Origin: Bacteroidaceae bacterium
Lineage (GTDB): Bacteria > Bacteroidota > Bacteroidia > Bacteroidales > Bacteroidaceae
Assembly (NCBI GenBank): GCA_045654445.1
Contig: JAZONI010000128.1
Span: 1 to 63,755, forward strand
Direction of reading: 5' to 3'
Length of the DNA stretch: 63,755 nt
Positions 38,226 to 47,641 of this stretch are shown one piece after another (the stretch's first letter is position 1; the number at the start of each line of letters is the position of its first letter). A program made the translations under genes and the position numbers. The notes beneath the pieces are model-generated. The model worked only from the letters and a program-made list of their open reading frames with translations, was not told where the DNA came from and did not search any database.

Positions 38226-38299
38226 TCTTCGTTAGCTCAGTCGGTTAGAGCATCTGACTGTTAATCAGAGGGTCCTTGGTTCAAGTCCAAGACGAAGAG
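38226..38299 (+). tRNA. tRNA-Asn (anticodon GTT), copy 2
   Basis: Sequence identical to copy 1, 23-nt spacer. A terminator hairpin follows at 38303-38334. Confidence 0.95.
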
Positions 38300-38302
38300 C
38301 AG

Positions 38303-38334
38303 AGAGGTTCGCATAGCGAGCCTCTTCTGTTTTT
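38303..38334 (+). terminator. Rho-independent terminator after the tRNA-Asn pair
   Basis: Stem agaggttcgc / gcgagcctct (one G-U), loop ata, then tctgttttt. Confidence 0.75.
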
Positions 38335-38350
38335 AAATACCCTAACGGCG

Positions 38351-38761
38351 TTAGCGCATTGCCAAGGCACAGTTCTCGGCAGCCTCCATGATCTCACGCT
38401 CACCTGGACCCTTATCATTGATGCCGCACAGGTGCAAAATACCGTGTATGATAGTGCGGTGTAACTCCTCGTCGTATGCAGTGGCAAACTGTTCGCTATT
38501 GGTGCGCACCGTGTCGAGACTGATGAAGAGGTCTCCACTGATGGTATCACCCTCGGTATAATCAAAGGTAATGATGTCGGTGTAATAGTCGTGCTGCAGA
38601 TACTCGCGGTTCACCTCAAGTATGCGCTCGTCGTTACAGAAGATATAATTCACATCGCCCACCTTCTTGCCATAGGTGGCAGCCACAGAGCGTATCCATG
38701 CTGTAGTGGGGCGTTTCTTGATGTCGGGCATGCGTGTGCCGTCGGTTTGATAAGTAATCAT
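38351..38761 (-). CDS. ybeY: rRNA maturation endoribonuclease YbeY
   Basis: The HGILHLCGINDKG zinc-binding H-x-x-x-H-x5-H motif. 136 aa. Confidence 0.9.
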   Translation of the reverse strand: MITYQTDGTRMPDIKKRPTTAWIRSVAATYGKKVGDVNYIFCNDERILEVNREYLQHDYYTDIITFDYTEGDTISGDLFISLDTVRTNSEQFATAYDEELHRTIIHGILHLCGINDKGPGEREIMEAAENCALAMR

Positions 38762-38806
38762 ATTTACAGTTTATATCAATATTACAAAGACAATAAAAAA
38801 ACAATG

Positions 38807-39382
38807 TTATTTACAACCTTTAATCTTTGCCACTATTTCCTCTATCTCTTCCAAAGAGTTTGCAACCAATAGGAGGTCCGTTAGGTCATGACGCAACAGT
38901 TTCTGATCACGCAAATTACCAAGCAACGCAAGCAATGCATCCCAACAGCCTGCGATATTATAGAGTATTAGCGGCTTGGTATGATAGCCTATACTACCCT
39001 CGCCCAAGACGTGAAATATCTCATCAAGCGTTCCTAGTCCACCAGGCAGAGCGATGAAGACATCACTCTCACGCAACATCACCTCTTTACGTTGCCCAAG
39101 ACTATGCACGTGGATTGTCTTATCGAGTAGCGTACTTACAATACCTTTCTCTACTAACCGATCGGGCACTATGCCCACTACAGTAGCCCCCACTTCTTTA
39201 GCTGCGCAAGCCACACAATCCATCAGTCCCAGGCTAGCGCCACCATAGACAAGACAATGTCCCTGTTGACCTATCCAATGGCCCAAAAGGGCTGTCTGTC
39301 TGAAGAACTCAGGTTCAATAGCTGTTGCTGCAGAACAGAATACAGCTATGGAGAGCGAACGTTGCTGCTTCATGAGAGACAT
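38807..39382 (-). CDS. LOG-family (TIGR00730-type) Rossmann-fold nucleotide-binding protein
   Basis: YGGASLGLMD and ALPGGLGTLDEIFHV are the LOG/lysine-decarboxylase-like motifs. Confidence 0.8.
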   Translation of the reverse strand: MSLMKQQRSLSIAVFCSAATAIEPEFFRQTALLGHWIGQQGHCLVYGGASLGLMDCVACAAKEVGATVVGIVPDRLVEKGIVSTLLDKTIHVHSLGQRKEVMLRESDVFIALPGGLGTLDEIFHVLGEGSIGYHTKPLILYNIAGCWDALLALLGNLRDQKLLRHDLTDLLLVANSLEEIEEIVAKIKGCK

Positions 39383-39399
39383 ATCTAAAACTTGTTGAC

Positions 39400-41049
39400 T
39401 TAATATTCAAAACTACTGCCGCCGAGAAATTCACGCAACAAGGAAGTGGGAGGTAAGTCATTATCGGGGACTGACTCGAAATATTGCAAGAACTTACGCA
39501 GACGGTAGGCTTCACTATACTCAGGACTATTCTCTTTCACTTGTTCAAGAATGGGCATGATATGGTTTTTCAATACCGCCAATTCAAAGAGTAAAGCCGA
39601 GTTGAACATAGCATCGGCATATTCTTGAAATGGGAATATCCACTTATCCTCCCCCTGGCGCACACTAGACCAACGCCTGATAGTAGCCTCAGCCGAATAG
39701 TTGCGATACTTGTAGTCACGCAAGATACGACGTAACAGACGATTGTCTGTAGTGGGTATATAGTTGTGGTCGTCAAGCATAATGCTGGTAAGGGCCGACA
39801 CGTAAATCTTATATTTGGCATCATCTGCAATGTGGGCCGTGAGCTCAGGATTGAGGGCATGGATACCCTCCAAGATAAGAATGGTGTTATCATCAATGCG
39901 CAAACGTTTGCTCGTAAGCACACGCTTACCCGTCGTAAAATCGAACCTTGGCAACTCTACCTCCTCGCCCCGTAGTAACGCATTGAGCTCAGCATTGAAA
40001 TAGGGAAGATCAACAGCATAAAGCGACTCAAAGTCATATTGGCCATGTTCATCAAGTGGAGTGAGTTCACGATCAACAAAATAATCGTCCAATGAAAGAG
40101 CTACGGGGTGTAACCCACAAGTCATGAGTTGTATGGAGAGTCGTTTGCTGAAAGTAGTCTTTCCCGATGATGATGGACCAGCAATAAGCACGATACGAGC
40201 ACCACGACGATGTATATCGTCGGCGATATGAGCGATGCGCTTTTCTTGCAATGCTTCAGCCACATTTATGAGTTCAGTAGAACGGCCATTGGCACAGGCT
40301 CTATTGAAATCTCCTACAGTACTTACGCCCAAAATCTTCTGCCAATGATGATGTTCGCTGAAGACACTAAGCATCTTATCTTGACGTACGAGCTCAGCCA
40401 AGCTGTCGGGATTCTCACGGCTAGGCACACGCAAGAGTAGTCCGTCATGATACTGTTGCAGTGCAAAAAGGTGTATCTTACTGGTGGAAATAAGCAGACT
40501 TCCATAATAGTAGTCCACCTTATCACCTAGCTGATAGTACACACTATAAATCCTCCCAGTGGTTTCAAGTAAAGTACAGACATCAGTACGCCCCTCACGA
40601 CGGAACGCCTCTATAGCCTCGCTAGTCGGGCAGCTGATTCGCCGTATAGGCATATCAGTATCTATAATCTCTTGCATGCGCTGTTTGATTGCATCAACAT
40701 CGCTCTGCTTCACAGCACGTCCTATATGCAGGTTACAAAAGTATCCCTTTGAAATGGGATGCTCGATAATAATTTCCCCATCAGGATAAATTTCGCTCAC
40801 TGCCTTGGAGAGCACGAAAAAGAGAGTGCGCACATAAGTACGCATACCCGAGTCAGAGGTAATGTCTAGAAACTCCACATCCTTGTGGTTATAGACCTTA
40901 AAATCGAGACTCTCGACTTTGTTGTTGACTCGTGCACTCACTGCGCCATATGGCATATTAAGATCAAACGCAACATACACTTCTTGCAAAGTGGTTCCTG
41001 GAAGAAACTCCCGTGTGACCCCATTATTGCGACAACGTATCTGTATCAT
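39400..41049 (-). CDS. Nucleoside (uridine-type) kinase with N-terminal TGS-like and ThrRS-second-additional-like domains
   Basis: 549 aa. P-loop IAGPSSSGKTTFSKRL in the C-terminal half, N-terminal MIQIRCRNNGVTREFLPGTTL (TGS-like). Confidence 0.7.
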   Translation of the reverse strand: MIQIRCRNNGVTREFLPGTTLQEVYVAFDLNMPYGAVSARVNNKVESLDFKVYNHKDVEFLDITSDSGMRTYVRTLFFVLSKAVSEIYPDGEIIIEHPISKGYFCNLHIGRAVKQSDVDAIKQRMQEIIDTDMPIRRISCPTSEAIEAFRREGRTDVCTLLETTGRIYSVYYQLGDKVDYYYGSLLISTSKIHLFALQQYHDGLLLRVPSRENPDSLAELVRQDKMLSVFSEHHHWQKILGVSTVGDFNRACANGRSTELINVAEALQEKRIAHIADDIHRRGARIVLIAGPSSSGKTTFSKRLSIQLMTCGLHPVALSLDDYFVDRELTPLDEHGQYDFESLYAVDLPYFNAELNALLRGEEVELPRFDFTTGKRVLTSKRLRIDDNTILILEGIHALNPELTAHIADDAKYKIYVSALTSIMLDDHNYIPTTDNRLLRRILRDYKYRNYSAEATIRRWSSVRQGEDKWIFPFQEYADAMFNSALLFELAVLKNHIMPILEQVKENSPEYSEAYRLRKFLQYFESVPDNDLPPTSLLREFLGGSSFEY

Positions 41050-41156
41050 AGTTGACTATTTTAATACCATAATATGATGGCGTAAAGATAATCAATAATC
41101 TTTATATGATGTAATCTTTTACAATCTTTAATATTGATGTATATCAGGACCTCTCC

Positions 41157-42989
41157 TTACAGGCTCTGCATATCGTTGAGTTTCTTGTAGTAGCCTCCAC
41201 TGCCGAGCAGGCTCTCGTGGGTACCTCGCTCTACAATCTCGCCCTCGAGCATCACGCATATCTCATCGGCATGCTTGATTGTGCTCAGGCGGTGGGCAAT
41301 GGCGATGGTAGTGCGCGACTTCATCAAGCGTTCCAGAGCTTCTTGTACCAAGCGCTCGCTCTCGGTATCGAGGGCCGATGTGGCCTCGTCCAGAATGAGT
41401 ATGGGCGGGTTTTTCAAGATGGCACGGGCGATGCTCAAGCGTTGGCGCTGACCTCCCGAGAGGCGACAGCCACGATCACCGATGATGGTATCGTACCCCT
41501 GCTCGCTCTCCATGATGAACTCGTGGGCATTGGCAATCTTGGCAGCTTCGATGACCTGTTCCATGGTGGCGCCCTCGACACCGAAACTGATGTTGTTGAA
41601 GATGGTGTCGTTGAAGAGGATGGCCTCTTGGTTTACATTGCCGATGAGTGAACGCAAATCGCGTATCGAGATGTCGCGTATGTCGCGCCCGTCGATGGTG
41701 ATACTGCCACCTGTAACATCGTGGAAACGGGGTACAAGGTCTACAAGGGTCGACTTGCCTGAGCCCGACTGGCCCACGAGGGCAATGGTCTTACCCTTTG
41801 CGACGGTGAGGTCGATGCCACGTAGTACGAGGTTGCCTGGTGTGTAGTGGAAGTTCACACCCTTGAACTCGATGCTCTGCTCGAAGGTGGGCAGTGCAGC
41901 AGGCTTCGTGGCTTCCTTAATGGGGTTCTCGGCGCTGAGTATTTTGTCTACACGATCCCAACAACCCATGCCGATGGGAATGTTGTAGAAGGCCTTGGAG
42001 AGGTCTTTGATGGGATTGAGTATGTTGTAGAGCATCACCAAGTAATAGATAAAGGTGGCTCCCTCCATGCCCGATGTGCCGTTGAGGATGATGTAGCCGC
42101 CTGCCCACATCACGATGACGATGATACAGGTACCCATGAACTCACTGGCGGGGTGTGCCGCCGATTGGCGTATGGTCATGCGCATCACGGCATTGCGGTA
42201 GGTATTGTTGATATCGGCGAAGCGCTGCTTCATCTTGCCCTCGGCGAGGAAGGCTTTGATGATGCGTAAGCCGCCCAATGTCTCATCGAGTTGGGCCAGC
42301 AGTGTGCCCCAATAGTTTTGTGCCTCCTTTGATTTACGCTTCAGTTTGCGGCTGATGGCACCCATGGCCCAAGCTAGCGCTGGCATAGCCACAAGCACGA
42401 AGAGCGTGAGCTCCCAACTGAGGAAGAAGAGGGTGCATAGGGTCACGATGATAGCAATGGGATTTTTGATAAGCATCTCCAAGGAGTTTGACAATGAGGT
42501 CTCGAGACCGCTCACGTCACTACTCATGCGTGAGATGATATCGCCCTTGCGCTCTTCAGAGAAGAAACTCAAGGGGAGTCCCATTACCTTATTATATACT
42601 TGGATGCGTATGTCGCGCACCACACCTGTGCGTAGAGGAATGAGTGTTGCAGAAGAACCAAAGTAGCAAGCCGTTTTGAGCAGCGTCATCACAATGAGCA
42701 CCACGCCCGATGTGATGAGCACCCATAGGGCGCCACGCGTCTCGATGAAGTAGTTCATGTAGTAGTAGAAGTTGTTCTTGACTACATCGGCAACGTTTCC
42801 ATCGGCCCATGTCATGTGCTCGTAGGTGGTGTCGCTCACCTGAAAGAGAATCTCTAGAATGGGGATGAGCAACGCAAATGAGAATACGTTGAGTACCTGT
42901 GCTAGAAAGTTGAGCACCAAATTGCTGAAGAGATACTTCCTATAGGGAGGTATGAATCGGCGTATGAGTGAGATGAATTGTTTGATCAT
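41157..42989 (-). CDS. ABC transporter, fused permease/ATPase (MsbA-like lipid exporter)
   Basis: Six TM segments plus an NBD with Walker A GQSGSGKST, signature LSGGQRQR and Walker B ILILDEATS. It lies directly downstream of the lipid A acyltransferase-like gene. Confidence 0.85.
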   Translation of the reverse strand: MIKQFISLIRRFIPPYRKYLFSNLVLNFLAQVLNVFSFALLIPILEILFQVSDTTYEHMTWADGNVADVVKNNFYYYMNYFIETRGALWVLITSGVVLIVMTLLKTACYFGSSATLIPLRTGVVRDIRIQVYNKVMGLPLSFFSEERKGDIISRMSSDVSGLETSLSNSLEMLIKNPIAIIVTLCTLFFLSWELTLFVLVAMPALAWAMGAISRKLKRKSKEAQNYWGTLLAQLDETLGGLRIIKAFLAEGKMKQRFADINNTYRNAVMRMTIRQSAAHPASEFMGTCIIVIVMWAGGYIILNGTSGMEGATFIYYLVMLYNILNPIKDLSKAFYNIPIGMGCWDRVDKILSAENPIKEATKPAALPTFEQSIEFKGVNFHYTPGNLVLRGIDLTVAKGKTIALVGQSGSGKSTLVDLVPRFHDVTGGSITIDGRDIRDISIRDLRSLIGNVNQEAILFNDTIFNNISFGVEGATMEQVIEAAKIANAHEFIMESEQGYDTIIGDRGCRLSGGQRQRLSIARAILKNPPILILDEATSALDTESERLVQEALERLMKSRTTIAIAHRLSTIKHADEICVMLEGEIVERGTHESLLGSGGYYKKLNDMQSL

Positions 42990-43028
42990 AGATTCTTTTT
43001 TTATAGGTCAACGGTCAACAGACAACAG

Positions 43029-43991
43029 TCAACAGTTGCCTCCGGAAGTTTGATTCTTTATAATTGGAGTTTCCGCGATGTCTGCAGCTCCCTCCCTAGA
43101 GGGAGGGGTGGGGTGGGTCTCCCTTTTCCACTTCCATCGCTTGTGAGTCCAGAGATAGAGATGAGGCTGCTCTTTGATGTCTTGTTCGAGCATGCGCATG
43201 TACTGCTTGCTGTATCCACACTCTTCGCCCTCTATGGCGTGTATGGGTTGGAAGGTGAGTTCGTAGTATCCGCGGCGCACACATTTCATGCTACCATATA
43301 CGAAGTGGGCATTGAGTTTCTTACCCATGGCCTCACCACCCGTGATGATGGGTGTGTCTTGGTTGAGGAAGGTCATCCATTCGGGTTCGGGGCGGCGTGG
43401 AGGACGTTGGTCAGCAATGAATCCCAATAAGGGTTGCTTGCCATCGCGCACCATGGTGATGATGGCGCGTAGAGCCTGCTTCTGGGGGATGCCTACGGTG
43501 TTGAATCGGCTACGCAAACGGTATATCAGCTTGTCCATCGCCTTATTGCTGAGCGGATGGTAAATCTGACCTGCCGTGAAATCGGGTGATGTCCACATGG
43601 TGATAGAGATGATATACTCCCAGTTGGCTTGGTGACCGAGGTAGAGGAATATGGGACGGCCATCGCTGCGTAGTTGCTCCATATGTTCAGGGTTGGTAAA
43701 TCGCATACGACGGCGCATCTCATCGTCAGAGATATGCAGTAGCTTTACCGTCTCCATCACATAGTCGCAGAAATGGCGGTAAAACAACTTTTCGATCTTT
43801 GTAATCTCCTCGGTCGACTTCTCGGGGAAAGAGTTCTCTAGATTCTTGCGCACTACCTCACGCCTATACCTTGCCACGTAGTATACGAGGGGGTATATCA
43901 AGTCGCTCAGCACATAGAGCACGCGCAAAGGCCATATGGCTATGGCTTTGAACAATAATGTGAGCAGCGCAAGTGTAATCTTCTCTTTCAT
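43029..43991 (-). CDS. Lipid A late acyltransferase family (LpxL/HtrB-like); C-terminus extended ~31 codons through a repeat arm
   Basis: The N-terminal TM, HQANWEY (HX4D/E-like) motif and LYLWTHKRWKWKR end are typical of the family. The tail ETHPTPPSREGAADIAETPIIKNQTSGGNC is encoded by repeat arm 43088-43123 and adjacent low-complexity sequence. Confidence 0.75.
   Translation of the reverse strand: MKEKITLALLTLLFKAIAIWPLRVLYVLSDLIYPLVYYVARYRREVVRKNLENSFPEKSTEEITKIEKLFYRHFCDYVMETVKLLHISDDEMRRRMRFTNPEHMEQLRSDGRPIFLYLGHQANWEYIISITMWTSPDFTAGQIYHPLSNKAMDKLIYRLRSRFNTVGIPQKQALRAIITMVRDGKQPLLGFIADQRPPRRPEPEWMTFLNQDTPIITGGEAMGKKLNAHFVYGSMKCVRRGYYELTFQPIHAIEGEECGYSKQYMRMLEQDIKEQPHLYLWTHKRWKWKRETHPTPPSREGAADIAETPIIKNQTSGGNC
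43088..43123. repeat. Solo arm of the same repeat family (copy C)
   Basis: ctccctccctagagggaggggtggggtgggtctccc matches the right arm of copy A. It lies inside the 3' end of the LpxL-like ORF. Confidence 0.7.
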
Positions 43992-44022
43992 CGAACAAAT
44001 TTACTAATTACTATTGCTCGAA

Positions 44023-44571
44023 TCACCCCTCCTTGGGAGGAGCAGGGGGGAGGTTTTCCTCCTTATACCACGACGCATACATCAGATATTGGCGTGCAAT
44101 ACGTTGGTTCAGCTCTCGACTTTGCTCGGGGTCCACCTTCTTGATGAATTTGGCGGGTATGCCTCCCCACAGGGTGCCTGGCTCAATGATGGTACCCGAG
44201 GTGACCAAGGCGTTGGCAGCTACGATGGCTCCTTCGCCCACCACTACGTGGTCAAGCAGTGTAGCACCCATGCCGATGAGGGCATTGTCCTTTACCGTGG
44301 CGCCGTGTATAGTCACATTGTGACCCACCGACACGTTGTCGCCTATCTCGATGGTTGATTTCTGATACAGTGTGTGTAGTACGCTGCCATCTTGTATGTT
44401 GACGCCATTTCCGATGCGTATGCTGTTGACGTCGCCGCGCAATACAGCGTTGAACCATATGCTGCAATCACGGCCCATTACCACATCACCGATGATGGTG
44501 GCATTGTCGGCCAAGTAGCAGTTCTCGCCTATCTCGGGAGTGAAACCCCGAACCGATTTGATGAGTGCCAT
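44023..44571 (-). CDS. Gamma-carbonic-anhydrase-like hexapeptide-repeat protein
   Basis: Left-handed beta-helix repeats (IGENCYLADNATIIGDVVMG...SVGHNVTIHGATV). Start moved to ATG 44571, because the track start is GTG 44598 and coincides with a -7 box. The last 12 codons (EENLPPAPPKEG) are repeat-derived. Confidence 0.8.
   Translation of the reverse strand: MALIKSVRGFTPEIGENCYLADNATIIGDVVMGRDCSIWFNAVLRGDVNSIRIGNGVNIQDGSVLHTLYQKSTIEIGDNVSVGHNVTIHGATVKDNALIGMGATLLDHVVVGEGAIVAANALVTSGTIIEPGTLWGGIPAKFIKKVDPEQSRELNQRIARQYLMYASWYKEENLPPAPPKEG
44024..44062. repeat. Degenerate arm related to the same family (copy D)
   Basis: cacccctccttgggaggagcaggggggaggttttcctcc contains the CCCCTCC-n4-GGAGG hairpin and a G6 run. 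It encodes the last 12 codons and stop of the gamma-CA-like gene. Confidence 0.5.
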
Positions 44572-44597
44572 AGCATTATCTTCCGTATATACAATCA

Positions 44598-44605
44598 CAA
44601 AAGTA
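44598..44605 (-). promoter_or_regulatory. Putative -7 box TACTTTTG for the gamma-CA-like gene
   Basis: Exact match on the minus strand, 27 nt upstream of ATG 44571. It argues against the longer GTG-initiated ORF. Confidence 0.4.
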
Positions 44606-44767
44606 CTACTTTTTATGCAAACATCAAATTTGTTCTACAGTTTTTCCCACATAGCCTCGCTTTCGTTCATTGATTCTTTTCAGCATTATACTTCAAGAGA
44701 ACGAACGATAAATACCCCTTCTTTGTTAAATGCCAACCACAATAGTTTCACTCACCTAAACATCCAA

Positions 44768-44995
44768 ATGATGAAAACGAACGAAAACAGCGCATGGGTA
44801 AAGGTTTTCTCCGGCGCAGCATTTGAGACCGAAGTTATAAAGGGACTACTCGAGGCCAATGGCATCCGATGCATCCTAGAGGACCATACCTCGATGCTAA
44901 TCTCACACTACAGCAATGCAGGCGGTTACATGTGTATATTGGTGGATCCAGCCGATGAAGAATTGGCGCTAAAACTGATTCAGCATAAAGCATAA
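44768..44995 (+). CDS. DUF2007-like small protein (putative signal-transducing fold)
   Basis: 75 aa. WVKVFSGAAFETEVIKGLLEANGIRCILED...VDPADEELALKLI matches the DUF2007 pattern. Start moved to ATG 44768. Confidence 0.6.
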   Translation: MMKTNENSAWVKVFSGAAFETEVIKGLLEANGIRCILEDHTSMLISHYSNAGGYMCILVDPADEELALKLIQHKA

Positions 44996-45132
44996 CTACT
45001 AAAATCCCCAAATACTAAAGTATAGAGTTTCGTCTTATGCTTGGCTACGTCATGTTTGGGGGCAAATCAAATTAAATACGGCTATTTGGCAGATTATTGG
45101 GCTGAGGCAATGGTTATATCCGATAAATGAGT

Positions 45133-45140
45133 TATATTTG
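45133..45140 (+). promoter_or_regulatory. Putative -7 box TATATTTG upstream of purD
   Basis: Exact match, ~120 nt upstream of ATG 45263. Confidence 0.3.
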
Positions 45141-45262
45141 TCGGAAATTTACAGAATCAGTAATCAGAAACAATCATGGAGATAAACATCAAAAACATCG
45201 TTCCAGAGTATCCCGCTCAAGAAAGAATGGTTTATTTCCCTGATATAGAAATGACAAAAGCG

Positions 45263-46534
45263 ATGAAACTATTACTTTTAGGCAGCGGTGGACGCGAGCA
45301 TGCCCTGGCATGGAAAATTAGCCAGAGTCCCAAAGTGGAGAAACTCTATATTGCCCCTGGTAATGCGGGCACACGTGAGGTAGGTGAAAATGTTGCCCTC
45401 TCGGCTACCGATTTTGAAGGCATCAAGGCCTTCGTGCTTGCCAATGCCATCGACATGGTGGTGGTGGGTCCCGAAGACCCATTGGTGAAGGGTGTGTATG
45501 ACTACTTCCGTGATGATGAGGAATTGAAGCACATTCCCGTCATCGGTCCCTCAAAGGAGGGTGCTACACTTGAGGGTAGCAAGGACTTTGCCAAAGCCTT
45601 CATGATGCGCCACAATATCCCAACAGCACGTTACCAGACATTCACACAGGATACGCTGAACGAGGGTATTGCCTTCCTTCGCACACTTGAGGCCCCTTAT
45701 GTATTGAAGGCCGACGGCCTCTGTGCTGGTAAGGGTGTACTCATCCTCCCCACCATCGAAGAGGCAGAGAAGGAACTGCGCGAGATGCTGGGCGGTATGT
45801 TTGGTTCTGCTTCAGCAAGCGTAGTTATCGAAGAGTTTCTTTCTGGCGTTGAGTGCTCGGTATTCGTGCTCACTGATGGTAAGAGTTATAAACTTCTCCC
45901 CGAAGCCAAGGACTACAAGCGTATTGGCGAGGGTGACACAGGCCTCAACACCGGTGGTATGGGTTCTATCTCTCCCGTACCCTTTGCCGATGCTGCATGG
46001 ATGCAGAAGGTCGAGGAACGTATCGTACGCCCCACCGTTGAGGGCTTGGCTGCCGAGGGTATCGACTACAAGGGTTTCATCTTCTTCGGACTCATCAATG
46101 TGAAGGGCGAACCTATGGTCATCGAGTACAACGTGCGCATGGGCGACCCCGAAACTGAGAGCGTGATGCTGCGCCTGAAGAGCGACATCGTAGACCTCTT
46201 CGAAGGTGTAGCACAAGGCAACCTCAACGAGCGCACCATCGAGTTTGACCCTCGCAGTGCGGTCTGCGTGATGCTCGTGTCTGGCGGTTACCCCGGCGAT
46301 TATGCCAAAGGCTATCCCATCACTGGCTTCGACAAGGTAGAGGGTAGTTTCCTCTTCCATGCCGGCACTACCGTAAAGGACGGACAGGTAGTCACCAACG
46401 GAGGTCGTGTCATCGCCGTAAGTTCTTATGGCGACACCCAACTGGAGGCTTTGGCCACCTCGTTCAAGAATGCCCAGGCACTGCAGTTCACCGACATGTA
46501 TTGCCGTAGCGACATAGGTAAGGATATTCTTTAA
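45263..46534 (+). CDS. purD: Phosphoribosylamine-glycine ligase
   Basis: [18 protein letters not shown]...ATP-grasp core...GGRV. Start moved to ATG 45263 to give a canonical ~423-aa PurD. Confidence 0.9.
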   Translation: MKLLLLGSGGREHALAWKISQSPKVEKLYIAPGNAGTREVGENVALSATDFEGIKAFVLANAIDMVVVGPEDPLVKGVYDYFRDDEELKHIPVIGPSKEGATLEGSKDFAKAFMMRHNIPTARYQTFTQDTLNEGIAFLRTLEAPYVLKADGLCAGKGVLILPTIEEAEKELREMLGGMFGSASASVVIEEFLSGVECSVFVLTDGKSYKLLPEAKDYKRIGEGDTGLNTGGMGSISPVPFADAAWMQKVEERIVRPTVEGLAAEGIDYKGFIFFGLINVKGEPMVIEYNVRMGDPETESVMLRLKSDIVDLFEGVAQGNLNERTIEFDPRSAVCVMLVSGGYPGDYAKGYPITGFDKVEGSFLFHAGTTVKDGQVVTNGGRVIAVSSYGDTQLEALATSFKNAQALQFTDMYCRSDIGKDIL

Positions 46535-46556
46535 TTGTTGAGATAAATTCAGCTAT

Positions 46557-46655
46557 GTCATTCTGACTCATTAGATTGACCCCAAGTCCATAGGATTACA
46601 ATCAACGAAGTGAAGAATCTTGCCACGCGAGATTCTTCACTTTGCTCAAAATGAC
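46557..46655. repeat. Nested palindromic REP-like element downstream of purD
   Basis: The outer IR is gtcattctga / tcaaaatgac. The inner hairpin is 13 bp, aagtgaagaatct-tgccacgcg-agattcttcactt (46608-46642). The track ORF 46558-46794(-) is a read-through of this element. Confidence 0.7.
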
Positions 46656-46672
46656 ACGAAAGGGAAAAGCCT

Positions 46673-47641
46673 ATGAAAAAACTCGTCCAGTTCATCATAC
46701 ATAGTAAGACGACAACATATATTGCCGCCCTGCTATGCGCATGTAGTTGGTGGCTCTCTCTCGACTTCCGGTCATCATGGCTACTCCCTAGCATAATATC
46801 CCTTGCGTATCTGGCATTGGGACTCTATCTGATGCATACAGATACATGCTCCTACTTCACGATATCCGGCAAAAGCACTCTTGCCGGCACCTTGTTCCTT
46901 ATGGGTTGCTCACTAGCACCACAAATGGGTACAAACCTCACAGCCATGGAGCATCTGGCACTACTTGCATTGGCCGGTTTGCTATTATTGCAAACCTACC
47001 GAAGACACGATGCTATGGGGACGTACTTTATGGCATTTTCACTGATTGGCACAGCAAGCCTCATCACTCCCACTATACTATTTGGAGCGCCCATATTGCT
47101 GATATGCTGTAGCTTATTGAAGTCATTACATCTACGTACAGGACTAGCATCCCTATTTGGGATACTATTGCCCTATTGGGTTACTACCTGTGTACTATTC
47201 CTTACTGACACCCCCCTCCCCATAGATGAATTTATCCACTCCTTTCTCACCCCTCCAGCAGCATCAACATCGCCACAAGGAGATGCCCTTTTTATCAATG
47301 GTAACGCACTCTCTCACGAGATTCTGCAAACCTTGTGGTTACTGTTACTTACAATACCCAGTATAATCACAACCTTCTTTTCGCGCAACATACTCAAGGC
47401 ACGCACTCAGTTGAATCTTTATTTCCTCACCATAGTGCAGCTACTGCTTGCCATCATTATCATCATCTTCCCTACCCTCTTTATGACCATGCTTCCACTC
47501 CTACTCCTCATCTGCTCAATTTTAGGGGGAACATTCTTCATTAGGAACTATCGGGGAGCAAGGATATATCTCATTGTCTTAATGATCGTGTGGCTATTCA
47601 TCATAGCACTTTCTGCATGGAACAATTGCACGATATACTAA
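46673..47641 (+). CDS. Polytopic membrane protein, unknown function
   Basis: 322 aa and about 9 hydrophobic helices. I recognised no catalytic motif. Confidence 0.55.
   Translation: MKKLVQFIIHSKTTTYIAALLCACSWWLSLDFRSSWLLPSIISLAYLALGLYLMHTDTCSYFTISGKSTLAGTLFLMGCSLAPQMGTNLTAMEHLALLALAGLLLLQTYRRHDAMGTYFMAFSLIGTASLITPTILFGAPILLICCSLLKSLHLRTGLASLFGILLPYWVTTCVLFLTDTPLPIDEFIHSFLTPPAASTSPQGDALFINGNALSHEILQTLWLLLLTIPSIITTFFSRNILKARTQLNLYFLTIVQLLLAIIIIIFPTLFMTMLPLLLLICSILGGTFFIRNYRGARIYLIVLMIVWLFIIALSAWNNCTIY

Noticed and set aside
39400-41049. TGS-domain/uridine-kinase fusion as a novel signalling enzyme
   Set aside because: As far as I recall, this architecture is a widespread conserved housekeeping family in Bacteroidota. 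Nothing in the local context suggests otherwise.
43996-44003. TAAATTTG -7 box match (minus strand) upstream of the LpxL-like gene
   Set aside because: It lies only 5 nt from the ATG, so a transcript from it would start at or inside the start codon. I did not report it as a promoter without TSS data.
46558-46794. 78-aa minus-strand ORF after purD
   Set aside because: It is the translation of the nested palindromic repeat (..FEQSEESRVARFFTSL..) and overlaps the start of the downstream membrane-protein gene.
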